Shown piece after piece: positions 47,095-57,007 of a stretch of 64,000 nt of DNA; the first letter of the stretch is position 1, and each line of letters begins with the position of its first letter. The DNA lies in contig CBDBFU010000012.1 of the NCBI GenBank assembly GCA_965205025.1, positions 256,001 to 320,000 of the forward strand, in the 5' to 3' direction. The notes below the pieces were generated by a model. The model made no database searches. It had not been told where the DNA came from and saw nothing but the letters and a program-made list of their open reading frames with translations. The translations under genes were made by a program, and so were the position numbers. The stretch is from Candidatus Poribacteria bacterium (GTDB lineage Bacteria; Poribacteria; WGA-4E; WGA-3G).

Positions 47095-48009
47095 TTACTG
47101 AGACTTGAAGAACTCTTTGCCTTGTAAAACTCTAAAGATCTCTTTTTGTATTTGTTGTTGATGATGTAATGGTAAACCGTTTGCTGAAGGAGCGATACCA
47201 ATCGGTTTGAAAATATATATACTTTTAACCTTATTCTCTTCATCATATGTTAGCTCAATACCTTTTCTCCAATACCAATGTCTTTTATGACCAAAGTCAT
47301 TTTTATCAATTTTTTGTGCTTTGCCAAGTTCCTTTTCCACATTTTCAAGTTTACTCTTAATTCCATTCTTTCCAGCAGTTTTTGCCTTATTAGGATGTGT
47401 TAGGATTAAACTCTTTACAAGATCTATCCCATCAAGAAATCCAGCTAATCCAATGTTTTGCTCTCTATAACTGAAAAAGCCAGCTCTGTTAGGTGGATCA
47501 TCGGGTTTTCCATAAACAGCAGCTAATTTCTTATACGGATCACCCAATTTAATACCAGCACACCCTCTTCCAGGAACAATTGAGTCTAAAGGGGGATCCG
47601 GTGTAGGATCAAAGGTGACCTCCAAGGGTTGTTGAGGGATTAATTCCTTATTTATCAGTTTTTTTACTCTTTTAACGGATCTATTTATACCATCACTGAC
47701 AAAAACTGTTACATTAACGGATTCTATATCAGAAGGGGCTGTCCATTTCACCTTCGTACCTGTTGTAGTATTCAATTTACCCGCATCTACAGACCATTCA
47801 TAACTTAAGGGGTCACCATCTTCGTCAAAGGCAAGGATCCTAAACTCAATAATTTCTCTAGGACTGAATTCTTTTGGAATAATTAAAGCTTCAACTTTCG
47901 GTAAACTATTAGTAGGTTCTTCAGTATCATCAGAGCCACAACCCCATATATTGATTGCGTATACCACCACCGTTATATAGTACAGAATTTTTAAATTCTT
48001 GATAGGCAT
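47095..48009 (-). CDS. Lipoprotein with Ig/PKD-like domain
   Basis: Lipobox-like 'IWGC' followed by 'GSDD'; 'A.D.DGDPLSYEWSV..G.L.......KWTAP....V.V.VSDG'. Confidence 0.75.
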   Translation of the reverse strand: MPIKNLKILYYITVVVYAINIWGCGSDDTEEPTNSLPKVEALIIPKEFSPREIIEFRILAFDEDGDPLSYEWSVDAGKLNTTTGTKVKWTAPSDIESVNVTVFVSDGINRSVKRVKKLINKELIPQQPLEVTFDPTPDPPLDSIVPGRGCAGIKLGDPYKKLAAVYGKPDDPPNRAGFFSYREQNIGLAGFLDGIDLVKSLILTHPNKAKTAGKNGIKSKLENVEKELGKAQKIDKNDFGHKRHWYWRKGIELTYDEENKVKSIYIFKPIGIAPSANGLPLHHQQQIQKEIFRVLQGKEFFKSQ

Positions 48010-48029
48010 AGTATAAATTTCTCCAGTTT

Positions 48030-48345
48030 TTCCAGTTTGTTTTTAAGATAACACAACTCTTATACTGCTCTGGATGGATATCTCCATTTTCCATCGCATC
48101 TTGTATAGCACAATTAGGTTCTTTATATGTGCATAGTCTTTATATTTACATGAACCAATTAACGGTTCAATTTCAAGTAAATAGTATTCAAGATTCTCTG
48201 TATACACTCACCATAGACAAACTTTTCTGATTCCAGGTGTGTCAACTACGTTTCATTCAATCTCAAGTGGGACAATATAAAAGCGTAGTTGTATGTTTCA
48301 CTTCTATGTCTTTTCTCCAACTTCTCCAGTCCGTAAGTCAAGTTT
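48030..48345 (-). pseudogene. rsgA: Degraded 3' fragment of ribosome small-subunit GTPase RsgA
   Basis: Minus-strand translation LDLRTGEVGEKT*..KHTTT..VVDTPGIRK...*...CKYKDYAHIKEPNCAIQDAMENGDI; matches RsgA 'GkHTTT', 'DTPG' and Zn-finger 'C.F.dC.H..EP.CA'; stops and frameshifts. Confidence 0.75.
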
Positions 48346-48362
48346 TAATTGACTTACTCTGG

Positions 48363-50183
48363 TTATTCAGTTGAAAACATCATACCTAAGAACTGAAAAA
48401 GTGATTTGAAATCACCAAGGGAAATCATGAGTTTGGTATTTATACCTTCCGCTTCAGCCTTCGCAGAGAATCCAACACTATAATTATTTGGAAGCGTTTC
48501 GAACATAACTGAAAAAGCAGCCATCGAATCAGCCCCAGGCATATCCTCCATTTTTGCCAATAACGGCATTATATTCTTAACCGCGATAATTGGAGAAAAG
48601 AATAAAAGAATGTTATTGTCTGTACCCAAATTATCAATAAGTTTCTGCTTACTCTCACTTACTGATCTGTCTATGTCTGTCATTGCATTCCTATCCAATG
48701 CTAATTTAAGCATCTTTGGTTTACTTGCCATAGAAAAATACAATTTTTCATTTTTGAGCGCGTAATACCAATTCCATTCAAGTGGTAATGCCTTAGCTTG
48801 GTTTGGCTCTTTTTGTGCAAGTGCAGGAATTAAATTTGGAAAAACATAGCTATGTATATCTACTCCGTGGTGAATGATGGGTTCACCTTTTTGTGAACCA
48901 TAAACATCAGAGACGGCTTCATTAAAATCCACATTCATAAATGTCTTTGCCTTAGCCGGATCCTTCAGATCATATATGAAAAGGTAATCTGGTAAAAGGG
49001 ATTCTTCAAAGTTAACAGAACCTTGAACACTATCCACCATAGATCTATGGAAATGTTGTAGTTGCTGCTGAAGATGTCCTAATTTATCAATGTGTTCTGG
49101 AGTATCTTTTGGGAAATTATATAATAGTAAATTACTCATCTTACCAATTAATTCTGGACTACCCTGAATTGAACCCTTAAGAATTGATATATCAGGTAAT
49201 TGAGAATAACCTGGTTCTTCCATCATAATAATCCCATCAGTTTCAAGAAATTCACTTACATTTTCTAACTTTATAAAATGTTTAAGAAGAATATCGGTTT
49301 TCTCAAACTGTATAGATCCACTAATAGATTGAAACTGTTCGTTTAAGTATATTCCCACACTACGAAATAATGATTCATAGATCCGATCGAATACTTGATC
49401 ATTCTGTCCATCAAGAGTATCTCTAAATGACTCTAAATCATCCATCAGAGACCTACTATGTGATGCTTTAATACCTTTAGAATCATAAAAATAACTTATA
49501 TCATTAGTTTGGCTTAGAATGTCTGAAACAAATGTCTCATAATCTTGATTAGGTTTCTTAGGCTCTATAGTACCACTACTTATATCTATCATGTTTATAC
49601 AGACATCAATTTGTTGAGAGAAAAGAAAGAAGTCATCCAAGATAGCGATATTCTTCATCCCATCGGTAGTACTCCAATATGTAGCTCCTTTATAGGTATT
49701 GGAAGAAAGCCCCTCAGCTTCTGATATTATTAACTCTTTCATTATTTCAGGATCTTTCAAATGAAGTACTGCAGATATATGTACAGGATTCAAACTTGTA
49801 AAAAATACTGCTAAATCATTATCAAAATCAAGACCCAATTCTTCTAATGCATCCAACCTTTCAAAATCCAGACCAATAGCATAAGCAAGGATTTTTGCCA
49901 GAATTTCCGTTTCGCTTTCTTCCTGGGACATTAATTCTATTTCCATAATATTAAGCTTGTTACTTAACATCTTCAGACTTGGACTATATACAAGTGCTAA
50001 TGTGTAATTCGGTATGAGTTGTAGCACACTTGTGTTGGGAATACTAATAGACTTCGTCTCATTTGTTCTATTCAAAATATCTGCTTTTGAAATATCGTTA
50101 TCTGCTTTTAATACTGTAGGCAGAAACAAAGATAATACGATTAAAATAAGAAAGGGAATTGCTAACTGTCTAAATATCATCAT
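48363..50183 (-). CDS. Secreted hypothetical protein (DUF3352-like architecture)
   Basis: 606 aa; signal peptide; repeated 'TYKG / HHGVDI' beta motifs; family assignment tentative. Confidence 0.6.
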   Translation of the reverse strand: MMIFRQLAIPFLILIVLSLFLPTVLKADNDISKADILNRTNETKSISIPNTSVLQLIPNYTLALVYSPSLKMLSNKLNIMEIELMSQEESETEILAKILAYAIGLDFERLDALEELGLDFDNDLAVFFTSLNPVHISAVLHLKDPEIMKELIISEAEGLSSNTYKGATYWSTTDGMKNIAILDDFFLFSQQIDVCINMIDISSGTIEPKKPNQDYETFVSDILSQTNDISYFYDSKGIKASHSRSLMDDLESFRDTLDGQNDQVFDRIYESLFRSVGIYLNEQFQSISGSIQFEKTDILLKHFIKLENVSEFLETDGIIMMEEPGYSQLPDISILKGSIQGSPELIGKMSNLLLYNFPKDTPEHIDKLGHLQQQLQHFHRSMVDSVQGSVNFEESLLPDYLFIYDLKDPAKAKTFMNVDFNEAVSDVYGSQKGEPIIHHGVDIHSYVFPNLIPALAQKEPNQAKALPLEWNWYYALKNEKLYFSMASKPKMLKLALDRNAMTDIDRSVSESKQKLIDNLGTDNNILLFFSPIIAVKNIMPLLAKMEDMPGADSMAAFSVMFETLPNNYSVGFSAKAEAEGINTKLMISLGDFKSLFQFLGMMFSTE

Positions 50184-50473
50184 TTTTCTCCTGTTAAATA
50201 TGGTTTTTTATTATATTTTTGGTTTATGTTCGTGTGTATGAAATCTATATAAACGGGAATAACAAAGTCGATAACAAAATCTATAATACTGTGTGATTCT
50301 TCAGATAAGTCTTTTCCCACTTTCGGATTATTCTGAGTCAAATCTACATGACTCTTTTCAAATTCCTGATTTATAATTCTGTCTAATCTGTTATTTGAGG
50401 TATACATAGTAGACAACCCTATAATTGTCATGATACTAATGCAAAATACACATAAAGTTACACGATTTCTCAT
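50180..50473 (-). CDS. Small hypothetical membrane protein
   Basis: 97 aa; GAGG RBS; ATGA overlap with downstream gene. Confidence 0.55.
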   Translation of the reverse strand: MRNRVTLCVFCISIMTIIGLSTMYTSNNRLDRIINQEFEKSHVDLTQNNPKVGKDLSEESHSIIDFVIDFVIPVYIDFIHTNINQKYNKKPYLTGEK

Positions 50474-50506
50474 TAATCTATCCTCAATGTATTTGAATAT
50501 TTTACT

Positions 50507-53419
50507 TCAATTATGTAATTCAATTGGAATAGTTAACATCCCATGCCGATCAGTTACAATAAAAAACTTACCCTTATGAATTTCTATGTCATTCACGGTA
50601 TCTGGGAGTTCTGGAGAAATCTTTTCCCACACTCCATTATTGATAAAATAAATTCCAGATTGACTTGCACCATAGACTGTAGCGTTGATATTCTTTACAG
50701 TATCCATGACAATTATTTTTTCTGTCTTATCTCTAATCACATTCCATTCAGTAGCTAAATCCTTCATCAGAACACCTGAATCCGTTCCGACATAGACTGT
50801 TGTTCCTGAAAAAGCAATCCCTGTAAATCGCTTAATTGTCAAAGGCAGATTACTTGTGATATTGTTCCAGTTTTCTCCAGCATCCAATGATTGGAAAAGT
50901 TGTCCATCCTCTCTTGCAACATAGACTGTCTGACCAGAAGCATTTAAACTAAACCCCGTATATGTACGGGCACGTGTTTCTCCAATAGCCAAACCTGTAT
51001 CCTTCCATTTGGAATCCCCGAGTGTCAGTTTAAGTAATTTCTGGTTATAGGTTACATAGAAAGTATTATCGCTGAATGCTAATCCTCCTGTCTCAGGTGG
51101 AATAATCATCTCTTCAACTAAACGGACTCTATTTGATAATAAGTCTATAGAATCAGAGTGTTCATTTAGATCGGTTGATTCAGTTAGAATTGTATTCGAA
51201 GCAACATTTTTTATATTAATTGCTGGCACAGCTTCAATAGGTATTAGTTTATCCCCATTATCTGATAATTGACATATACGTATACTATTCATCCCTTTAT
51301 CATTGACAATACCGATTAATGAATTGTCTATGACAGTAAATAAAGGATTACGAGGAAAAATATTAAGGATGTTATCTGGATTAGTGTCGAAAATCTCCCA
51401 TGTATTCCCATCATCTGAAGATTGGTATATTCCATTTATTGAATATCCATACAGTTTATTGTTGAAGGAGGTTAATTCTTTAATTCCTGTTCCTACTATC
51501 CCATCCATAAATAGATTCCATGATTCACCGGCATCTTTGGTTCTTTGTATTCCTTTGAAACCATGTGTATAGAATGTATCTTTATCTACTGCCAATGCTG
51601 CCTTATCAGTTAAGCTTCTCGACTCAAAGTTTGATCCAAGGTTTTCCCAAGTTATTCCGTTATCTATTGAACGGTATACATTACTTCCAAAGATTAATAT
51701 GGTATTATCAGCAACCAAAACCTTTACGCCGAATGGTATTCTTTCTAATATACTTCTATCTCTCGGTGTAATTTTCGTCCAAGTTCCTCCTAAATCATCA
51801 GACCGATAAAGTTCCCACTGTTTTGAATTTTCACCATGTAACATCTCTCTTACTAACTTTCTTTTTCGTTCGGCGGGGGTAACTTCAGAATCAACTGGAA
51901 CCGTTGCAAGGTATACTGTATTCTCCGATATTAACAGAGTAGTAACCTTTCTATATTTACTAATGGTTAATTGTTCCCATGTATCAGATTGTAATTGAAA
52001 AAGTCCTCGCTCTGTTCCAACAAAGACTACATTCCCAATGGAAGCTGCTGCAGTAATTTCTGTATCTTCTAATCCATTGTTATATAAACTCCAGATTTTA
52101 CCCTTGTCTGATGACCTATATATCTCATCCTCCAGAACTAAATAAAATGCCTTTTCAGTAATCAGCAGTTTTATTACGCTACCGATAGGACGGCGACCAA
52201 TAGAAACCCAAGTGATTCCATCATCGCTTGAAGCATATATTTTATCAGTGGAAACGAGATAGAGAGTATTGTTATCTTCCGCTATTACCATATTAAAATA
52301 ATCTTCAATAGGCACTGTATTGTTTAGAAGCATCCATTGGTCTGAATCCTCTTTCACTTGATAGATCCCTGTGGGTGCAATACATAATATTTTTCCTTTT
52401 GATGTCTGAAATAGTTCATGAACCTTTCCATCTTGTGGACCTTGGTTTTGGGTCCAATGTTGCGATAAAATTGATGGATTATCTGATGCATCCTCCTGAT
52501 TCTGAGTTGATTGGATAACATCTGTCTGTTCATCATCTATACCATTACTCTTATTTACAAGGACTACATTGCCAATTCTCCGTTTTGGTTCCGGTGTGAA
52601 CTGAATATCTATTGGTATTGCTGAATCAAAAATCTCAATTTCAGTTAGTGTATCTGCATCAAGACTATAAGGTTTTTGAAAATTGGAAAGAAATTGACCT
52701 CCTACACCTATAAGTAGCATTACTAAAATAGCTGCAGTTCCTAAAGCAGCTATAGGAATTAATGGTTTAATATTTGAAGGTGGAGTTGGATTAATGGTTG
52801 TGAATTTCTCCATAATATTCTCAGTAAAATCAACCGGAAGTGCGACTGTGCCAAGTGTTTCACGTATCATAGATTCTTCCTTTTGTAACCGTTTCCGAGC
52901 TCTCCTGAGTCGGCTCTTAATAGTATTAACCGAAACACCTAAAAACTTACTAATTGCTTCAGATGTCATTTCTCCAAGGTAGAAAAGTGTTACGACTGTA
53001 CGTTCACTTTCTGGTAGTTTATTTAGAAGGTTTTTAACAATTTCACGACGACGTTCAGTTGCCGCCTTCTCACGTTGTTCTGCAACATAACTTTCATACG
53101 ATGTTCTATCAAGACTTCCTTTATTGGTGGCTTCTAAAGATTGCATAGTGGGTTTTTTCCTTCTGTGCCAATCCGAGCATAGGTTACTGGCTATTACATA
53201 AAGCCATCCTGCAAATTGTGTGTGATTCTTTAGTGTAGCAAGTTTTTGGTATGCTTGGAGAAATGTGTCCTGTGCGATTTCTTCTGCAACTTGAAAATCG
53301 CCTGTCTTCCGCCAAATCAAGGCGTGAACACTCTTTTTATACTTGTTGACTATTTCACTGAAGGCTGTATCGTCACCTGCTAAGATACTATCTATCAGTA
53401 CAACATCATCTTTTTCCAT
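50507..53419 (-). CDS. ECF sigma factor fused via TM to an extracellular BNR/Asp-box beta-propeller
   Basis: Sigma2 'AEEIAQDTFLQAY.KL..L...F.GWLY.IA'; sigma4 'LPE.ER.V..L.YL......I..FLGVSVNTIKSRLRRAR'; TM; many 'S.D.G.TW' boxes; start MEKDD after GGAG. Confidence 0.9.
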   Translation of the reverse strand: MEKDDVVLIDSILAGDDTAFSEIVNKYKKSVHALIWRKTGDFQVAEEIAQDTFLQAYQKLATLKNHTQFAGWLYVIASNLCSDWHRRKKPTMQSLEATNKGSLDRTSYESYVAEQREKAATERRREIVKNLLNKLPESERTVVTLFYLGEMTSEAISKFLGVSVNTIKSRLRRARKRLQKEESMIRETLGTVALPVDFTENIMEKFTTINPTPPSNIKPLIPIAALGTAAILVMLLIGVGGQFLSNFQKPYSLDADTLTEIEIFDSAIPIDIQFTPEPKRRIGNVVLVNKSNGIDDEQTDVIQSTQNQEDASDNPSILSQHWTQNQGPQDGKVHELFQTSKGKILCIAPTGIYQVKEDSDQWMLLNNTVPIEDYFNMVIAEDNNTLYLVSTDKIYASSDDGITWVSIGRRPIGSVIKLLITEKAFYLVLEDEIYRSSDKGKIWSLYNNGLEDTEITAAASIGNVVFVGTERGLFQLQSDTWEQLTISKYRKVTTLLISENTVYLATVPVDSEVTPAERKRKLVREMLHGENSKQWELYRSDDLGGTWTKITPRDRSILERIPFGVKVLVADNTILIFGSNVYRSIDNGITWENLGSNFESRSLTDKAALAVDKDTFYTHGFKGIQRTKDAGESWNLFMDGIVGTGIKELTSFNNKLYGYSINGIYQSSDDGNTWEIFDTNPDNILNIFPRNPLFTVIDNSLIGIVNDKGMNSIRICQLSDNGDKLIPIEAVPAINIKNVASNTILTESTDLNEHSDSIDLLSNRVRLVEEMIIPPETGGLAFSDNTFYVTYNQKLLKLTLGDSKWKDTGLAIGETRARTYTGFSLNASGQTVYVAREDGQLFQSLDAGENWNNITSNLPLTIKRFTGIAFSGTTVYVGTDSGVLMKDLATEWNVIRDKTEKIIVMDTVKNINATVYGASQSGIYFINNGVWEKISPELPDTVNDIEIHKGKFFIVTDRHGMLTIPIELHN

Positions 53420-53593
53420 TGGTGATCTCCACATAAATTCGGTTTACGATAATAAGTGACGTATTTTTTATAGTAAAAGGGTGCATAATCTGCATTAATT
53501 ACTAAAAATTTATAGTTTTTTGTATATTAAACTCAATGTCAGAATGTAGGTCTATAAATTAGTAAAATGGATTACATGTATATCTGTTTTCTC

Positions 53594-53622
53594 TTGACAC
53601 ATACTCGATAAGTCTATATATT
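53594..53622 (+). promoter_or_regulatory. Putative sigma70 promoter
   Basis: TTGACA-17 bp-TATATT, 10 nt before the MOSC gene ATG. Confidence 0.55.
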
Positions 53623-53632
53623 TATACACATC

Positions 53633-54274
53633 ATGAGACTGTTATCCATTAACGTATCAAAACCGAAACCTATTAGTCATGAAGGAAAAATAGTCTATAC
53701 AGGTATTTTTAAAGAACCAGTCTCTGGAACTGTCATGCTTAGAAAAATGAATATTGATGGTGATGGACAAGGTGATTTAAAAGTACATGGTGGTACATTT
53801 AAGGCAATTTACGGATACCCTATAGAACATTATACACATTGGCAACAAGAATTAGAAAGAGATGATTTGTCTTTTGGTCAGTTCGGTGAAAATCTAACTG
53901 TGGAAGGTATGCTTGAAAACGATGTACATATAGGTGATATATTCAAAATTGGATCCACCGTTAGACTTCAAATTACACAACCCCGTGTGCCTTGTTACAA
54001 ATTAGGTCATAAGATGGGTTCCGCTGAATTCCCTAAGATATTCCTACAAAGTAAACGGGTTGGTTTCTATTTTCGAGTTCTTGAGGAAGGCGAGATAACA
54101 GCACATGACGAGATAGAACGTGTAGAAGTATCTCATGAACCGATGAGTGTTACCGATATCCTCTCGCTACGGTATTTTGATACAAACAACCACGAAGGAA
54201 TAATTAAGGCTATAAAACAACCTGCACTTAGTCCAAGTTGGAAGAAAGATTTTAACAGACTTCTTAACCTATGA
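53633..54274 (+). CDS. MOSC domain protein (YiiM-like, 3-alpha C-terminus)
   Basis: 'TGIFK.PV', 'GDGQGDLKVHGG..KA', 'FGENLT', 'QPRVPCYKL', 'GFYFRVLEEG'. Confidence 0.92.
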   Translation: MRLLSINVSKPKPISHEGKIVYTGIFKEPVSGTVMLRKMNIDGDGQGDLKVHGGTFKAIYGYPIEHYTHWQQELERDDLSFGQFGENLTVEGMLENDVHIGDIFKIGSTVRLQITQPRVPCYKLGHKMGSAEFPKIFLQSKRVGFYFRVLEEGEITAHDEIERVEVSHEPMSVTDILSLRYFDTNNHEGIIKAIKQPALSPSWKKDFNRLLNL

Positions 54275-55003
54275 ATGTATTTAAAGCATCTTCAAAACTG
54301 GAAACCAGCAAAGCAGCCGCTGAAGCAGCAAGTACAAAACTATGTGACGCTATAGGGGCAAATGGACAGGCAAGTTTCATTGTCGCAACAGGGGCATCAC
54401 AATTTGATTTTCTTGGTTCACTTACATCTGATGATGCAATTGACTGGTCGAAAACAACAATGTTTCATCTTGATGAATATATAGGGATATCTGACACACA
54501 TCCTGCGAGTTTTTGCAAATATCTTCAAGAGCGGTTAGTAGATGTCGTTCAGCCAGGAACTGTTCATTTTTTAAATGGTATTGCGGATAATCCTCAATCT
54601 GAATGCAATAGACTCAATCAACTTATTTTGCAGCACCAGATTGATGTTGCAATTTGTTGGAATCGGTGAAAATGGACATCTGGCATTTAATGATCCACCT
54701 GCCGATTTTGAAACAGAAGATCCGTATATCGTTGTAGAATTAGATGAAGCGTGTAGATTACAACAAGTTGGGGAAGGTTGGTTCAATGGGTTAGAGGATG
54801 TACCAACTCACGCTATTTCAATGTCTATCAATCACATTATGAAATCCAAATCGATAATATGTACTGTTCCTGATGAACGGAAAGCAGAAGCCGTGCGAAA
54901 TTGCATACAAGGTGATATAACACCTATGCATCCAGCATCAATATTACAAAATCATAACGATTGTACTGTATATCTGGATAATGGATCTGCATCGCTACTA
55001 TAA
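54271..55003 (+). pseudogene. nagB: Glucosamine-6-phosphate deaminase, frameshifted
   Basis: 'ATGASQ' and 'FHLDEY' in one frame, '[15 protein letters not shown]' in another; one extra A at about 54651 breaks IDVA|FVGIG. Confidence 0.85.
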
Positions 55004-55027
55004 TCACACTCTTCATGGAGATTCTTA

Positions 55028-55924
55028 ATGGATACCAAACAGAACTCTGAAAACCGACAATTAGTTGGACTCACTGAAGAACAGAAACAACAGTTTCATG
55101 ATGACGGTTTTTTACTCATCAGAAATGTCCTACCGAACGAAGCACTCCAACCTTTAATTGATGAGTTAACCCAAATGGTTGAGGATGGCGTTCAAGCAGC
55201 AGTAGAACAAGGTGTTCTTGACCCATCAAAAACCTATGATGATGAACCATTCGATACAAGATTAGGTGAGGTATCTCATGCCTCAACCGATCTTAACTGG
55301 ATCTGGCGTAGGAGTTTTAGCAACCAGAAAATTCGTACTAAAGGAATGTTTATTCTGCGAACGGCTCCTGAATTGCTGGATGTCGTAGGATCACTTATCG
55401 GTCAAGAGATATTTGCACATCCTCAGTTTAATTTCCGTGCGAAACTACCTAAACAAGCCATAACTGTGATTCCTTGGCATCAGGATTTAGCGTATCTCAA
55501 CCCGGAAGAAGCAGGGGATACGCTGGTGGTGAATGTGTGGTTACCACTGGCAAGAGCCTATGAAGAGAATGGATGTATGCAGGTAATCCGTGGATCACAC
55601 AAGTTTGATCTCATTGCACACAACTTTCATGAACAAACTCCCGGTCATACAGGTGGAAAAGGTATCAGTGAACAGGAATTACCACCAGGTGATGTTGTAA
55701 CAACCGAACTTGATGTGGGTGATATCTTGCTTACAAGTGAACGAGTTGTACACCGAGGTCTTCCAAACACAAGTGAAACAGTCAGGTGGAGTGTTGATAC
55801 ACGTTATAGTCAAATTGGTCTTCCCACAGGTCGTGAAAGTGTACCCGGTTTTATAGCCCGGAGTCAAAAGAATCCAAAATCGGTTGCTAAATCACACCAT
55901 GATTGGAATAGAGAATTTGTATAA
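55028..55924 (+). CDS. Phytanoyl-CoA dioxygenase family (Fe/2OG) protein
   Basis: 'F..DGFL', 'PWHQD', 'VW.PL....ENGCMQVIRGSH', 'VHRG.PN.S..VRWS.D.RY'. Confidence 0.92.
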   Translation: MDTKQNSENRQLVGLTEEQKQQFHDDGFLLIRNVLPNEALQPLIDELTQMVEDGVQAAVEQGVLDPSKTYDDEPFDTRLGEVSHASTDLNWIWRRSFSNQKIRTKGMFILRTAPELLDVVGSLIGQEIFAHPQFNFRAKLPKQAITVIPWHQDLAYLNPEEAGDTLVVNVWLPLARAYEENGCMQVIRGSHKFDLIAHNFHEQTPGHTGGKGISEQELPPGDVVTTELDVGDILLTSERVVHRGLPNTSETVRWSVDTRYSQIGLPTGRESVPGFIARSQKNPKSVAKSHHDWNREFV

Positions 55925-56137
55925 TTATTCCTAAAAAGATAGTTTTCAGGTTTTTGACACATATTTTATAGATTCTATATATGATTCAAAAACAAATTAT
56001 TTATTGCTTTTAATTCTCAGTTAAATAGGTTGATAGTAGGTTTTACATATATAACATAACCAGTAAATTGCTGGTATCAAAATGTATATCAGCATAAGTC
56101 TATATTTTTACAAATTTTATTAAATTTGGAGGTCTAT

Positions 56138-56887
56138 ATGTATAAAGTGATATTGTCTTTACTGATCATTACAAGTCTTTTCCTGATTTCTTTTTATGCA
56201 TCAGCATTTAAAATAAAAGATAAAGAACTACTGATTTATTTCTCCTTTGATGGTGATAAGGGACAAGCAGTAGAAGATTTAGGACCAAACAAGAACGATG
56301 GAGAAGTAGTTGGCAATGTTGAATTTGTTGAAGGGAAAGTTGGAAAGGCTGCCAAGTTTAGTCAAGCTGGAGAAATCAAAGCACCCCATGTTCCATTAAA
56401 TGACAAGAGTTTTACAGTTACATTGTGGGCGAAACCTGAGTTGACAGGGGGTGATCAACAGTGTGTCTTTACACAGACACAAGTTAATGCTACTAACACA
56501 AGTTTACACTATCGAATTTACAACAATGGCACAGTCCGTATGGGGTTTTATGGTAATGACCTTGACGCACCTGCTGCTGTAAAAGCAAAAGAATGGTCCC
56601 ATATCTGTTTCTGGTTAGATGCAGATGAGAAAACCCGTAGAATCTTTATAAACGGCGAACAGAAAGCCGAAGATAAAGATAAATCCCTATATAAGGGTAC
56701 TGCAGGTAATACGATGGTTGGATCATGGGGAAATACTGGTCAGAAATTCAACGGTCTCATTGACGAAGTAATGGTATGGGATAAAGCTTTATCAGAGAAA
56801 GAGATCGAACTTAGTATGGATCCAAATGCTGCTGCAGTTGACCCTAATGGTAAACTTGCAACAACTTGGGCACGTGTAAAAGGGTAA
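56138..56887 (+). CDS. Secreted LamG-like jelly-roll protein
   Basis: ATG after GGAGG; signal peptide; 'YFSFD', 'GKVGKA..F', 'W.HI', 'FNGLIDEV.VW'; C-terminal 'AVDPNGKLATTWARVK'. Confidence 0.88.
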   Translation: MYKVILSLLIITSLFLISFYASAFKIKDKELLIYFSFDGDKGQAVEDLGPNKNDGEVVGNVEFVEGKVGKAAKFSQAGEIKAPHVPLNDKSFTVTLWAKPELTGGDQQCVFTQTQVNATNTSLHYRIYNNGTVRMGFYGNDLDAPAAVKAKEWSHICFWLDADEKTRRIFINGEQKAEDKDKSLYKGTAGNTMVGSWGNTGQKFNGLIDEVMVWDKALSEKEIELSMDPNAAAVDPNGKLATTWARVKG

Positions 56888-56922
56888 ATGAAATTGATTC
56901 AAACTATTCTGAGTTAATAAAT

Positions 56923-56968
56923 TACCACCGTTATTAGTATACTGCAATGTATGTTAATAACGGTGGTT
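56923..56968. terminator. Hairpin between convergent genes (probable bidirectional terminator)
   Basis: accaccgttatta ... taataacggtggt inverted repeat flanked by A/T tracts. Confidence 0.65.
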
Positions 56969-57007
56969 TTCATTAATTACAATATTAATCTTAACTCAAT
57001 ACTGATA

